A stretch of DNA of 64,000 bases from an uncultured Lachnospiraceae bacterium (GTDB taxonomy: Bacteria > Bacillota > Clostridia > Oscillospirales > CAG-272): the NCBI GenBank assembly GCA_964403505.1, contig CAYOFP010000001.1, forward strand, positions 6,548-70,547. Direction: 5' to 3'. Position numbers and translations under genes: made by a program. Every line of letters begins with the position of its first letter. Within the stretch, counting starts at the first letter, position 1. Below, in pieces: positions 1 through 11,322 of this stretch. The notes under the pieces were generated by a model that saw only the letters and a list, made by a program, of their open reading frames with translations, was not told the origin of the DNA and ran no database searches.

Positions 1-1049
<1,049 letters not shown>

Positions 1050-1053
1050 TTAA

Positions 1054-4000
1054 TTAAAAATCTTCTCCGTCGTCAACATCGTTTCCGTAGAATTCGTTTT
1101 CATCAAACTTCTCTTCGGTAAAGAATTCATCGACTTCGTCTGTTTGTACTGTTTCACCGATCTCGTCTGCCTCGACATAGTTCGGCAGGTCGAGCTCGTT
1201 ATCGTCAAGCTGTGAAAGTTCTATTTCGCTTCCGTCCTTATCGAGGACATGGACATCAAGGCAAAGCGCCTGAAGTTCCTTGACGAGCACCTTAAAGGAT
1301 TCGGGAACACCCGGTGTCGGGATATTCTGACCCTTTACGATCGCCTCATATGCCTTTACACGGCCGTTGACATCGTCACTCTTAACGGTAAGTATCTCCT
1401 GCAGAGTGTATGCCGCACCGTAAGCCTCGAGCGCCCAGACCTCCATCTCACCGAAACGCTGTCCGCCGAACTGAGCTTTACCGCCGAGAGGCTGCTGCGT
1501 GACAAGCGAGTAAGGACCTGTGCTACGTGCATGGATCTTATCGTCAACGAGATGATGAAGCTTCAGGTAATACATGATACCGACGGTTACGGGGCAGTCA
1601 AATGCCTCGCCCGTGCGTCCGTCGTAAAGAACCGTCTTACCGTCTTCCTGCATACCTGCATCCGCAAGCATCTTCTTCATATCTCCGTCATCGGCGCCGT
1701 CAAACACCGGCGTCATGACCTTCCAGCCAAGCTTTTTCGCTGCCATGCCGAGATGTACCTCGAGCACCTGACCGATATTCATTCGCGAAGGAACGCCCAT
1801 CGGGTTAAGCACGATATCAAGCGGTGTTCCGTCGGGTAAGAACGGCATATCCTCGGGCGGAAGGATGCGCGAAACGACACCCTTATTACCGTGACGACCT
1901 GCCATCTTATCGCCGACAGAGATCTTTCTCTTCTGTGCGATATAAACTCTTACTACTTTATTTACACCGGGGGAGAGCTCATCGGAGTTCTCACGGGAGA
2001 ATACCTTTACATCGACGATGATACCGGACATACCGTGAGGAACACGCAGAGACGTATCTCTTACCTCTCTCGATTTCTCACCAAAGATCGCACGCAGCAG
2101 TCTCTCCTCAGCTGTCAGCTCTGTCTCGCCCTTCGGCGTTACCTTACCGACGAGGATATCGCCTGCTCTTACCTCTGTACCCTTGCGGACGATACCGTTC
2201 GGGTCGAGATCCTTGAGCGCATCCTCACCGACATTGGGTATTTCTCTGGTTATCTCCTCGGGTCCGAGCTTGGTGTCTCTTGCCTCGTGAGAATATTCCT
2301 CGATATGGATCGATGTATAAACATCGTCACGTACAAGGCGCTCGTTCAGAAGTACGGCGTCCTCGTAGTTATAACCTTCCCAGGTCATAAATCCGATGAG
2401 AGCGTTCTTACCGAGCGAGATCTCGCCGCCACTGGTCGCAGGACCGTCGGCGATGACCTGTCCCTCTTCGATAACTTCACCCACCTCGACGATCGGTCTC
2501 TGGTTTACGCAGGTGCCCTGGTTACTTCTCTTGAATTTAATAAGATGATAAACATCCTTGCTTCCGTCATCATAGCGAACGGTGATATCGTCTGCGGTCA
2601 CACGCTCGACGGTGCCTGCCTTCTTTGCGCAGACGACAACGCCCGAGTCAACGGCAGCCTTATATTCCATACCCGTTCCGACAATAGGCGAATCCGTCAC
2701 CATCAGCGGCACAGCCTGCTTCTGCATGTTAGAGCCCATGAGCGCACGGGAGTTATCATCGTGATCAAGGAAGGGTATCATAGCAGTAGCGACCGAAACG
2801 ACCATCTTAGGAGAAACGTCCATATAGTCGGGTATGCTCGAATCCACCTCTAAGATCTCGGTTTTCGATCTTACCGTTACCTTTTTATTTACAAATTTAT
2901 TATTCTCATCGAGCGGCTCGTTCGCCTGAACTACGACGTAACGATCCTCCATATCGGCGGTCATGTACTCGATCTCGTTCGTGACGACGCCCTTCTTCTT
3001 ATCTATCTTACGGTAGGGCGCCATAATAAAGCCGTACTCGTTGATTCTTGCATAAGTAGAAAGATAGGAAATCAGTCCGATGTTCGGTCCTTCAGGGGTC
3101 TCGATCGGACACATTCTGCCATAGTGAGTATAGTGAACGTCTCGGACCTCGAACGATGCACGGTCACGGGAAAGACCACCGGGACCAAGCGCCGACAAAC
3201 GGCGCTTATGCGTCAGCTCTGCAAGAGGGTTGTTCTGATCCATGAACTGGGAAAGCGGAGATGAGCCGAAGAACTCTCTTATCGCCGTTACGACAGGGCG
3301 GATATTGATCAGCGCCTCGGGCGTTATCGTCTCGCTGTCCTGTATAGTCATACGCTCCTTGACGATCTTGTCCATTCTCGAGAAGCCGATGCGGAGCTGA
3401 TTCTGGAGAAGCTCTCCGACAGAACGCAGACGGCGGTTGCCGAGGTGGTCGATGTCATCTACCACGCCGACATCGTGAGAAAGCGTAACGAGATAGTTGA
3501 CGGATGCGAATATATCTTTTTTCGTTATATGCTTGGGTGAGAGCTCAGCACGGCGCATATCGCACAGATCAAGCACCTGCGCCTTGTCCTGCGCCTCATC
3601 GATTATCTCGTTCAGCACGTCGAGATCGACCTTACCCGTTATCTTGATATCAGACAGGTCGTAGCCGAGTACTGCCTCGGGATATACCGTGCCGTTTGAG
3701 AATACCTTGACCTGAGCGCCGTCGAGAGCGATCACCTCGACCTCGTTCACGCCTGCCGTCTCGAGCTCGTTTGCCTTCTTCTCATCAAGGGTCGTGCCCT
3801 TATTCATGACGACCTCGCCCGTGATAGCCGATACGGCGTCGGATGCGAGCTTCAGGCCCATTACACGGGAGGCGATTCCCATCTTCTTATTGAATTTATA
3901 TCTTCCGACAGGAGCAAGGTCATAACGCTTGGGATCAAAGAAAAGATTGCCTACAAGCGTGATGGCGCTGTCAACGAGCGCCGGCTCGCCCGGACGGAGC

Positions 4001-4740
4001 TTTTTATATATCTCTTTAAGAGATTCATCATACGGTGTGGAATTATTTGCGAGCGCAGCCTCATTCATTCCATCTTTGTCAATGGTGGAAGTGATGAGTA
4101 TGTCCTCACCGAACATGTCCTTGATCTTTGCGTCAGACTCGACACCGAGCGCACGCAGGAGTACCGTCACCGGTATTTTGCGGTTTTTATCGATCCTTAC
4201 ATAGAATACATCGTTTGCGTCGGTCTCGTACTCGAGCCATGCACCCCGGTAGGGGATAACGGTAGCGGAATAGTTACGCTTACCCGCCTTATCGAGTGCG
4301 GACTCATAATACATTCCGGGAGAGCGCACGATCTGGGATACGACGACTCTTTCTGCGCCGTTGATAATAAACGTACCGTTGTCTGTCATGAGCGGGAAAT
4401 CGCCCATGAATATCTCCTTTTCAGAGACCTCGCCCGTTTCCTTATTGTGCAGGCGGACGAGTACACGCAGGGGGGCGGCGTAATTGACATCGCGCTCCTT
4501 GCATTCCTCTACGGGATATTTCGGCGTAGGGTCGATAGAATAGCTCACAAACTCGATCTGAAGATTGCCCGAATAGTCAACTATGGGAGATACGTCACGC
4601 AGGACCTCATTCAGTCCTTCGTCAAGAAACCACTGATAAGATTTCTTCTGTACCTCAAGAAGATTCGGCATATCAATGACTTCATTGATCTTTGCGAAAC
4701 TCATTCTCGTGGTTTTGCCCATCTTATGGGGAGTGATCAT
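1054..4740 (-). CDS. rpoB: DNA-directed RNA polymerase subunit beta
   Basis: 1228 aa ORF with hallmark RpoB motifs ([23 protein letters not shown]-like [22 protein letters not shown]). GGAGGA RBS lies 8-9 nt upstream of the ATG at 4740. Confidence 0.98.
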   Translation of the reverse strand: MITPHKMGKTTRMSFAKINEVIDMPNLLEVQKKSYQWFLDEGLNEVLRDVSPIVDYSGNLQIEFVSYSIDPTPKYPVEECKERDVNYAAPLRVLVRLHNKETGEVSEKEIFMGDFPLMTDNGTFIINGAERVVVSQIVRSPGMYYESALDKAGKRNYSATVIPYRGAWLEYETDANDVFYVRIDKNRKIPVTVLLRALGVESDAKIKDMFGEDILITSTIDKDGMNEAALANNSTPYDESLKEIYKKLRPGEPALVDSAITLVGNLFFDPKRYDLAPVGRYKFNKKMGIASRVMGLKLASDAVSAITGEVVMNKGTTLDEKKANELETAGVNEVEVIALDGAQVKVFSNGTVYPEAVLGYDLSDIKITGKVDLDVLNEIIDEAQDKAQVLDLCDMRRAELSPKHITKKDIFASVNYLVTLSHDVGVVDDIDHLGNRRLRSVGELLQNQLRIGFSRMDKIVKERMTIQDSETITPEALINIRPVVTAIREFFGSSPLSQFMDQNNPLAELTHKRRLSALGPGGLSRDRASFEVRDVHYTHYGRMCPIETPEGPNIGLISYLSTYARINEYGFIMAPYRKIDKKKGVVTNEIEYMTADMEDRYVVVQANEPLDENNKFVNKKVTVRSKTEILEVDSSIPDYMDVSPKMVVSVATAMIPFLDHDDNSRALMGSNMQKQAVPLMVTDSPIVGTGMEYKAAVDSGVVVCAKKAGTVERVTADDITVRYDDGSKDVYHLIKFKRSNQGTCVNQRPIVEVGEVIEEGQVIADGPATSGGEISLGKNALIGFMTWEGYNYEDAVLLNERLVRDDVYTSIHIEEYSHEARDTKLGPEEITREIPNVGEDALKDLDPNGIVRKGTEVRAGDILVGKVTPKGETELTAEERLLRAIFGEKSREVRDTSLRVPHGMSGIIVDVKVFSRENSDELSPGVNKVVRVYIAQKRKISVGDKMAGRHGNKGVVSRILPPEDMPFLPDGTPLDIVLNPMGVPSRMNIGQVLEVHLGMAAKKLGWKVMTPVFDGADDGDMKKMLADAGMQEDGKTVLYDGRTGEAFDCPVTVGIMYYLKLHHLVDDKIHARSTGPYSLVTQQPLGGKAQFGGQRFGEMEVWALEAYGAAYTLQEILTVKSDDVNGRVKAYEAIVKGQNIPTPGVPESFKVLVKELQALCLDVHVLDKDGSEIELSQLDDNELDLPNYVEADEIGETVQTDEVDEFFTEEKFDENEFYGNDVDDGEDF

Positions 4741-5027
4741 ATTTTTTCTTCCTCCGTTTCAGCAAAAAACGGGCGCAGTGATAGTATGTCCTAAGCGAAT
4801 TTACAATTTATTAACAATTCCCTCTCCTATGCCAAGCTGGTTACTGACAACTTATAAGCCGGGATGTTAACAACGAAATTCCGATATTTCACATTATCAC
4901 GCACACCGCAATAGGTATTTATGTCGTTTTATCGGGAAATAACACGCTTTTTGTCCCTTCAAAAACCCGTGCTTTTCTCCGCTAAAAGCCGTATTTCGGC
5001 ATTCTATCCGATTTTACGGTATCATAC

Positions 5028-5056
5028 ATTATATCAAAGCTTTTTTTGCTTGTCAA
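5028..5056 (-). promoter_or_regulatory. Sigma-A type promoter upstream of rpoB (TTGACA-17 nt-TATAAT)
   Basis: Minus strand reads TTGACAagcaaaaaaagctttgaTATAAT. It sits about 290 nt upstream of the rpoB start. Confidence 0.6.
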
Positions 5057-5166
5057 GAGATATTTTACAAACTTTTGGATATTTTGCAGGAGAATATACC
5101 GTTGACAGAGATAAAACGGTACTGATACCGTTTCAGAGCGAAAATAAACTCGGCATTTGCGCCCGT

Positions 5167-5220
5167 AAAAAAAACAAGACGCCGATTCTTAATCATATGA
5201 GAATCAGCGTCTGTTTCGTT
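5167..5220 (-). terminator. Bidirectional rho-independent terminator after cassette unit 1
   Basis: Stem GACGCCGATTC (5178-5188) pairs with GAATCAGCGTC (5201-5211). An A-run precedes it and a T-rich tract follows. It lies just downstream of the stop at 5249 on the minus strand. Confidence 0.6.
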
Positions 5221-5248
5221 TTACATTTATTATTTTTGACTGTGTGTA

Positions 5249-6136
5249 TTATTTCTTCTTTTTGAGAACAAGTGCAATCACGAGTGCGATTATTGCGACG
5301 GCCTCGACCGTGCAAATCACCCACGGCGTGTAATTTATCGGCTCACTCTCCTTTGCCGGCTCGTTCTCCTTTGGTGAGTTATCTGTTTCCTTACCGGCTT
5401 TGACTTCCGAGGATGGCTCAGTGCTTTCGCTTTCTGGTGATGGTGAAATTCCTGCTGACAAAAGCTCTTTTTCGACATCCATGTTTTCGGCATCAAATCT
5501 GTATTTTGATCCAAAGCTATCGCCGTCTTCAAATATGTCGCATATTATCCAACCACCGTAAATTTCAACTTGGTTTGCCGGTTTATATTTATATAAAAGG
5601 AAACGGACGCAATCACCAAAGTTTATATATGCGAATCCACTTTCGCTCACAGTTACGCTTTCAGGGGTAATCAAATACATACCACTACCGCTCTTAAAGT
5701 TATGGTAACGATTGTAAGCGGCCTTATATTGAGCTTTCTTTTTAATAAAAACCGGGAATGAAGATATGACGTCTTCTATCGGAGTGTTATCATATTGGAG
5801 GGCAAGCGAGTCTTTCGCAGGATCATCATCTAAAGCTGAAGATAGCTCATTCGGGAAATAATAATAGTGGTTTTCTTTTATTTCATCCTCGTATTCCTTT
5901 GCCTTTTCGAGAATTTCTTTTCTTAGATCGCTATCGTCGTCCAAGTGACCGATGGTGTGAACAAAAAGATCGTCATCATTATTATTAAAATATACATTTA
6001 CACAATATGTATTAAAATAATTTAATGCACAGGCTATGGCGGCCTTTTCATCGTCTGTTGCTTCATAAGCAAATGGACAGATCGGTATCTGGCTTACAAT
6101 AATAAGCATGATCAACAGTACAGTTAGTTTTTTCAT
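5249..6136 (-). CDS. Type-I membrane-anchored surface protein, unknown function (cassette small gene, copy 1)
   Basis: 295 aa. N-terminal signal peptide MKKLTVLLIMLIIVSQI, an acidic S/E/P-rich stalk, and a C-terminal TM WVICTVEAVAIIALVIALVLKKKK. AAGGAGG RBS. It has paralogs at 8284..9156 and 11323..12255. Confidence 0.8.
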   Translation of the reverse strand: MKKLTVLLIMLIIVSQIPICPFAYEATDDEKAAIACALNYFNTYCVNVYFNNNDDDLFVHTIGHLDDDSDLRKEILEKAKEYEDEIKENHYYYFPNELSSALDDDPAKDSLALQYDNTPIEDVISSFPVFIKKKAQYKAAYNRYHNFKSGSGMYLITPESVTVSESGFAYINFGDCVRFLLYKYKPANQVEIYGGWIICDIFEDGDSFGSKYRFDAENMDVEKELLSAGISPSPESESTEPSSEVKAGKETDNSPKENEPAKESEPINYTPWVICTVEAVAIIALVIALVLKKKK

Positions 6137-6150
6137 GTTAATTCCTCCTT

Positions 6151-7881
6151 TTAGACTTCATTGATATATTCGTTATATTCACTTTCATTAAGGACTCTTA
6201 CAGTATACTTTACGGTAGTGGTGATTGAATCTGGATACGTAGTTTTTTTATCTCTGGCAGATAATGTTATTGTATATAAACCGGGCTGCGTGAATGTATA
6301 GTATACATTTGTGCTTGTAGCATTAAGCGCTTCATGCCATGTCGCTGTTCCGTTCTCAGGCTTGATTCCTATCGCCACACGATATGGTCTGAGCGAGCAG
6401 TACAGCCAAATCGGAAAAGATGTATTTACCGGTATAGGCTCACTGTAGATTCCGCTGACTTGCATACGGTTGTGCGAACATCCGGAACTATCACAGGAGG
6501 CATCGACCCCATCTGATACAGGTATCGATGAGAACGTGTGGTTTCCCCCATCAGAGTACAACTTAGAATACATATATTTTACTGGGCGTATTATTTTCCC
6601 TTTGTTGTAAGTGTAATCGCTTAATCTTACCCTTCTTGAATTTGAATTATGAGCAGAATAATATGCACCGTTACTATCAATGTCCGATATTATAATAGCG
6701 TGACCGCCACCATTAACTATAATTTCATCACCAAGTTGCAAAGACGAAATGTCTATATCGGAGTAATAATTTCCGTGTTTTATTGCTTCAATTCTTGCCC
6801 CATTGCCCGTATCATCGGTATATGTATCAAAGGCTCTTGTTCCAGTCCAGCTTGGCGTATAAGATGACGAATTTCCTGCAGAATACCACCGTGGGTCATC
6901 GCTGTCCATCGGACGGAATAAACCGAAAATAGCGCTCGAGTCATTATTTCCGTTGAAGCCTGCCCAAATACATTGGGATGCAAAATTCTGGCAATCACCG
7001 CCTACTGAGTTGAAATTGTAAAAATTTGAATTATAATACCCGTTGGAAACATTCTCGCCGTGTCCTGTTCTGCTATATGTTAATGCATAGCATGCGGCAT
7101 TATATCCGTCATAATCAATGCCGGTCGGGTTTAATATTATTGCCTTTTCAGGCGCTGAATTCTTTTTATTATTAATTCTTTCCTTAAATACTTCTGCTAA
7201 TCCTTTCGGTGCTTCTTCTGAATTGGTTATATTGTTTTCTGCACTCTTTAATCTCAGGGTCTCTTGTTTTGCTTCTGAATTTAATTTATCGAAAGAGAGA
7301 TTCTCTGATTTGTAGTATCTGTCAAAATCGTCGTCGGATATAATGTCACAGACAAGCCAGTTCTTGCCCTCTTTATACAGCAAGACTTTATAATATGGTT
7401 GTATGGAGGTTTGCATTTTACTACCGTCATAGTAAAAGGTAATATCTTCAATTATTTCCACCGTGGCAAAATCACCGTTGATCGATGAATTTTCAACATA
7501 ATAGTCAACATTAAAATCTTTGCGTACAATATTTCTTTCCGAACGGAATTTTTTATAGTAATTCATTTTTGTTCAATGAAATGCGGAAACTCTTCTATAG
7601 TTGTATATGAATTGTCAGAAGTGCTTTTATATGTACTGATAGTTTTTTTTTGCTTCTGCTGATACTTTAGAAAGTTTGCTCGTATTAAAGGATGCTGTTG
7701 TCATTTCCGAGATGTCATTATCATGATACAGATACATGTTGTCAGTGCATTGTCTGAGGAAAAGCTCTGCTGCATCAATTGCGCGGTTAAGGTCAGTGTC
7801 ATTTGCAATGGGCACGGAATAGGTCAGGGATGACAAAAGAGTGATAAGCACTATCGCTGTGATAATTATTCTTTTTTTCAT
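6151..7881 (-). pseudogene. Disrupted copy of the secreted amidase-like (putative Amidase_6-type Cys/His) protein, split into ORFs 7627..7881 and 6151..7566
   Basis: Collinear with the intact paralog 9177..10922. An A9 tract (T9 on the plus strand at 7643-7651) replaces the paralog's A8. A 1-nt deletion near 7567 follows. Three in-frame stops lie between the two lesions. Confidence 0.7.
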
Positions 7882-7936
7882 GTCTGCGTGCTCCTTAATA
7901 ATTAATAATTTTATAAAGAGTTTTATCTTCAATAAA

Positions 7937-7965
7937 ATTATATATGAAATCTAATAAGTTGTAAA
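7937..7965 (-). promoter_or_regulatory. Promoter of cassette unit 1 (TTTACA-17 nt-TATAAT)
   Basis: Minus strand reads TTTACAacttattagatttcataTATAAT. An identical copy lies at 10978..11006. Confidence 0.55.
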
Positions 7966-8224
7966 TGCATATAGTTCACAAAAAAATCTGCAAAATTGTA
8001 TAATTTTACCAAAACCGCAAATAATTGCAAGCAGATGCGTAGTTTTACCAAATCTGCGAATTCTCGCAAATAGCAACACGATTTTACAGCATACCCAAAA
8101 AAAGCAATATTTTCATACATTTTACAAACTCTTGAATATTTTGCGAGAGAATATATCGGCAACAGAGATAAAACGGTACTGATACCGTTTCGGAGCGAAA
8201 ATAAACTCTGCATTTCCGCCCGTC

Positions 8225-8276
8225 AAAAAACAAGACGCCGATTCTTAGTTTGATAACAATCAGCGTCCGTTTTTTG
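8225..8276 (-). terminator. Bidirectional rho-independent terminator after cassette unit 2
   Basis: Stem GACGCCGATT (8234-8243) pairs with AATCAGCGTC (8258-8267). It is flanked by an A6 run and a T6 run. Confidence 0.6.
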
Positions 8277-8283
8277 TCTATGC

Positions 8284-9156
8284 TTATTTCTTCTTTTTGA
8301 AAATAAGTGCGATAACAAGCGCAATTATTGCGACGCCTTCGGCTGTGCAAATTACCCACGGTATGTAATTTATCGGTTTACTCTCCTGCGGTGGGTTATT
8401 TGTTTCATTGTCGCTTTCGTCTGCTGAGTCAGAGGCAGTATCGGTATCGCTCTCTTCATTTTCCGATAAGAGCGTGTACCCTCTTGATACAAGCAGTTCT
8501 TCGACGTCCAAATCTTCGGAATGGAATCTGAATTCTTCGTCATAGCTATCCCAAAAAGTGCTGATGTCGCATACGAACCACATATCCTCGGCAAACGCTT
8601 TATATCTATATAGAAGGATATAGCACGAATCACAGTTTACATATGCAAATCCGCTTTCGCTCACAGTCACAGATTTAGGGTTAAGTGCGAACATTTCATG
8701 ATTTATAACAGTTTTGGCAGGAAGAGCGGAGCGCATATATTGACATTTCTTTTCAATGAAAACCGGAAATGAAGATACAACGTCTTCTATCGGCGTTTTG
8801 TCATATTGTATGGCAGGCGGTGTGACATCCGAATCCCAATGCATATCGTGTTCAAAATACCAATGGTTATCTTCATAATAGTGATAGCGATGATTTTTTC
8901 TTATTTCGTCTTCGTATTCCTTTGCCTTTTCGAGAATTTCTTTTTTTATTTGCGGTAAGTCGTCAAAATAGGCAATAGTGCCATCCAAAATATCAAACTC
9001 TGTTTTTAAATACACGTTTGAAATGTATTTATTCAAATAGTCTGACGCAAATCTATAAGCAGAGCTTTCATCATCCGTTGCCTCAAAAGCAACCGGGCAA
9101 ATCGTTATTTGACTTACAATAATAAGTATGATCAACAGTACAGTTAGTTTTTTCAC
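8284..9156 (-). CDS. Type-I membrane-anchored surface protein, unknown function (cassette small gene, copy 2)
   Basis: 290 aa. GTG start with an AAGGAGA RBS. Architecture matches 5249..6136: signal peptide, acidic stalk, and the WVICTAEGVAIIALVIALIFKKKK anchor. Confidence 0.8.
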   Translation of the reverse strand: MKKLTVLLIILIIVSQITICPVAFEATDDESSAYRFASDYLNKYISNVYLKTEFDILDGTIAYFDDLPQIKKEILEKAKEYEDEIRKNHRYHYYEDNHWYFEHDMHWDSDVTPPAIQYDKTPIEDVVSSFPVFIEKKCQYMRSALPAKTVINHEMFALNPKSVTVSESGFAYVNCDSCYILLYRYKAFAEDMWFVCDISTFWDSYDEEFRFHSEDLDVEELLVSRGYTLLSENEESDTDTASDSADESDNETNNPPQESKPINYIPWVICTAEGVAIIALVIALIFKKKK

Positions 9157-9176
9157 AATAATTTCTCCTTTTATGA

Positions 9177-10922
9177 TTAGTTAAAATAATCATAATAATA
9201 CTCATTTCGATATTCGTCATCACTAATGACTCTTATAGTATATTTTACGGTAGTGCTGATTGAATCTGAATATTTATCCGGATTTTTATCCCGAGCAGAC
9301 AATGTTATTGTGTATAAGCCTTTCTCCTTGAATTGATAGTACACTGTTTTGCTTGCGACATTAAGCTCTTCATACCATGTCGCTTTCCCGTTCGGATCTG
9401 TGATTCCTATGGCGATTCGATAAGGTATGAGTGAACAGTTAAGTTGAATTGGCATTGAAATAGATAGCTTCTCCGGCATTGGTTCCTGATACATTCCGCT
9501 GACTTGCATACGATTATGCGTGCATCCGGTATTATTACAAGAAGCATCGACCCCGTATGCTGCCGGTATATTTTGTGAGAATATGTGATTTCCCCCGTCA
9601 GAGTACCTCTTAGAATACACATATTTTGTTGGGCGTATTATTTTGCCTTTATTAAAATTGTAATCCTTTAATCTTCCTCTTCTTACATTTCCACTATGCG
9701 CAGAAAAATAGGCGTCCGTTTTATCAAAATCCACTATTATAATAGCGTGACCGCCATTATTAACAATAACCTCGTCGCCGAGTTGCAATGACGAAGTATA
9801 TAAATCAGCGTTATCTTTGCTTTTAGTCGCATCAATTCTTACTCCGTTGCCCGTATCATTGGTATATTCATCAAAAAAACTTGGCGTAGCCCAACTTGAT
9901 GACTTATTGCCTTTTCCGTCGCAGTACCACTGTGGATTATCGCCATCCATCGGGCGCAGTAATTTGTTTATAGCATCCGGGTCGTTATTTCCATTGAATC
10001 CTGCCCAAATACATTGGGATGCAAAATTCTGGCAATCACCGCCTACTGAGTTGAAATTGTAAAAATTTGAATTATAATACCCGTTGGAAACATTCTCGCC
10101 GTGTCCTGTTCTGCTATATGTTAATGCATAGCATGCGGCATTATATCCGTCATAATCAATGCCGGTCGGGTTTAATATTATTGCCTTTTCAGGCGCTGAA
10201 TTCTTTTTATTATTAATTCTTTCCTTAAATACTTCTGCTAATCCTTTTGGTGCTTCTTCTGAATTGATTATTTTGTTTTCATCGCTCTTCAATCTCAAAG
10301 TCTCTTTTTGGGCCTCTGAATTTAATTTTTCAAAAGAGAGATCTTCTGTTTTATAGTATCTGTCAAAATCGTCGTCAGATATAACATTACAGACAGACCA
10401 AGTTTTATCTTCCTTATATAGCAAAATATTATAATCAGTTTGAATGGAAGACCGTGCGTTTTTCCCAACATAGAAAAAGCTGATATCTTCAATTATTTCT
10501 ATAATAGCAAAATTACCATTAATAGATGAATTCTTGACATAATAATCTACATTGAAATCCTCACGTTCTATGTTTCTTTCCGAACGAAAAGTTTTAAAAT
10601 AATTCACTTTTTCTTCGATGAAATACGGAAACTCTTCTATCGTTATAAATGAATTGTCGGAATTGTTTTTATATGTACTGATAGTTTTTTTTGCTTCTGC
10701 TGATACTTTAGAAAGTTTGCTCGTATTAAAGGATGCTGTTGTCATTTCCGAGATGTCATTATCATGATACAGATACATGTTGTCAGTGCATTGTCTGAGG
10801 AAAAGCTCTGCTGCATCAATTGCGCGGTTAAGGTCAGTGTCATTTGCAATGGGCACGGAATAGGTCAGGGATGACAAAAGAGTGATAAGCACTATCGCTG
10901 TGATAATTATTCTTTTTTTCAT
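9177..10922 (-). CDS. Secreted putative amidase-domain protein (papain-like Cys/His; Amidase_6-like) with a C-terminal Ig-like domain
   Basis: Signal peptide MKKRIIITAIVLITLLSSL. Motif GGDCQNFASQCIWAGF (candidate nucleophile Cys) followed by VNNGGHAIII (candidate His). The C-terminus is beta-rich (YTITLSARDK...VKYTIRV). AAGGAG RBS precedes the ATG at 10922. The ATG at 10973 lies within a few nt of the predicted TSS. Confidence 0.75.
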   Translation of the reverse strand: MKKRIIITAIVLITLLSSLTYSVPIANDTDLNRAIDAAELFLRQCTDNMYLYHDNDISEMTTASFNTSKLSKVSAEAKKTISTYKNNSDNSFITIEEFPYFIEEKVNYFKTFRSERNIEREDFNVDYYVKNSSINGNFAIIEIIEDISFFYVGKNARSSIQTDYNILLYKEDKTWSVCNVISDDDFDRYYKTEDLSFEKLNSEAQKETLRLKSDENKIINSEEAPKGLAEVFKERINNKKNSAPEKAIILNPTGIDYDGYNAACYALTYSRTGHGENVSNGYYNSNFYNFNSVGGDCQNFASQCIWAGFNGNNDPDAINKLLRPMDGDNPQWYCDGKGNKSSSWATPSFFDEYTNDTGNGVRIDATKSKDNADLYTSSLQLGDEVIVNNGGHAIIIVDFDKTDAYFSAHSGNVRRGRLKDYNFNKGKIIRPTKYVYSKRYSDGGNHIFSQNIPAAYGVDASCNNTGCTHNRMQVSGMYQEPMPEKLSISMPIQLNCSLIPYRIAIGITDPNGKATWYEELNVASKTVYYQFKEKGLYTITLSARDKNPDKYSDSISTTVKYTIRVISDDEYRNEYYYDYFN

Positions 10923-10977
10923 GTCTGCGTGCTCCTTAATAATTAATAATTTTATAAAGAGTTTTATCTTCAATAAA

Positions 10978-11006
10978 ATTATATATGAAATCTAATAAGT
11001 TGTAAA
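10978..11006 (-). promoter_or_regulatory. Promoter of cassette unit 2 (TTTACA-17 nt-TATAAT)
   Basis: Same sequence as 7937..7965. Confidence 0.55.
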
Positions 11007-11263
11007 TGCATATAGTTCACGAAAAAATCTGCAAAAAATTGTATAATTTTACCAAAACCGCAAGTGATTGCAGTATACGCATAGTTTTACCAAATCTGCA
11101 AATTCCCGCAAACAGAAACACAATTTTACAGCGCACCCAAAAAAGCAATATTTTTATACATTTTACAAATTCTTGAATATTTTGCAGGAGAATATCGGCA
11201 ACAGAGATAAAACGGTACTGATACCGTTTCAGAGCGAAAATAAACTCTGCATTTCCGCCCGTT

Positions 11264-11315
11264 AAAAAACAAGACGCCGATTCTTAGTTTGATAACAATC
11301 AGCGTCCGTTTTTTG
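11264..11315 (-). terminator. Bidirectional rho-independent terminator after the orphan small gene
   Basis: Stem 11273-11282 pairs with 11297-11306. The sequence is identical to the 8225..8276 copy. Confidence 0.6.
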
Positions 11316-11322
11316 TCTATGC

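Larger units (their letters stand above)
5249..11322. repeat. Tandem duplication of a ~3.04 kb two-gene cassette (units 5249-8283 and 8284-11322); a partial third unit extends to ~12500
   Basis: Gene starts and ends recur with a period of 3035-3041 bp. Stretches of 100 percent identity (6959-7205 = 10000-10246; 7652-7932 = 10693-10973) alternate with diverged stretches. Confidence 0.9.

Noticed and set aside
1891-2853. Long ORFs antisense to housekeeping genes (for example 1891..2853, 18773..19963, 28592..29611, 27319..27978, 50958..51755, 44014..44604)
   Set aside because: These are shadow ORFs opposite strongly supported genes (rpoB, deacetylase, ileS, lspA, oadA, ricT). Their translations are low-complexity and Arg/Ser/Cys-rich, with no motifs or RBS.
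8121-8160. A plus-strand sigma-A promoter driving the conserved 65-nt spacer element (TTTACA/TTGAAT with GAATAT/TATATC)
   Set aside because: All hexamer combinations have the wrong spacing (7, 9, 14, 20 or 25 nt). The resemblance is explained by homology to the real promoter at 12505-12533, which diverges right after the -35 box.
7938-8359. 91-aa ORFs (7938..8213, 8084..8359) and the similar 65-aa ORF 11068..11265 in the inter-unit spacers
   Set aside because: They span promoter and terminator sequences. Their frames are not conserved among the three spacer copies, and they lack an RBS. They are most likely non-coding.
10923-10973. Upstream ATG (MKIKLFIKLLIIKEHAD...) as the start of the amidase-like genes (also 7882-7932)
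   Set aside because: This ATG lies within a few nt of the predicted transcription start of the TTTACA-17-TATAAT promoter and has no SD. The internal ATG (MKKRIIIT...) has an AAGGAG RBS and begins a canonical signal peptide.
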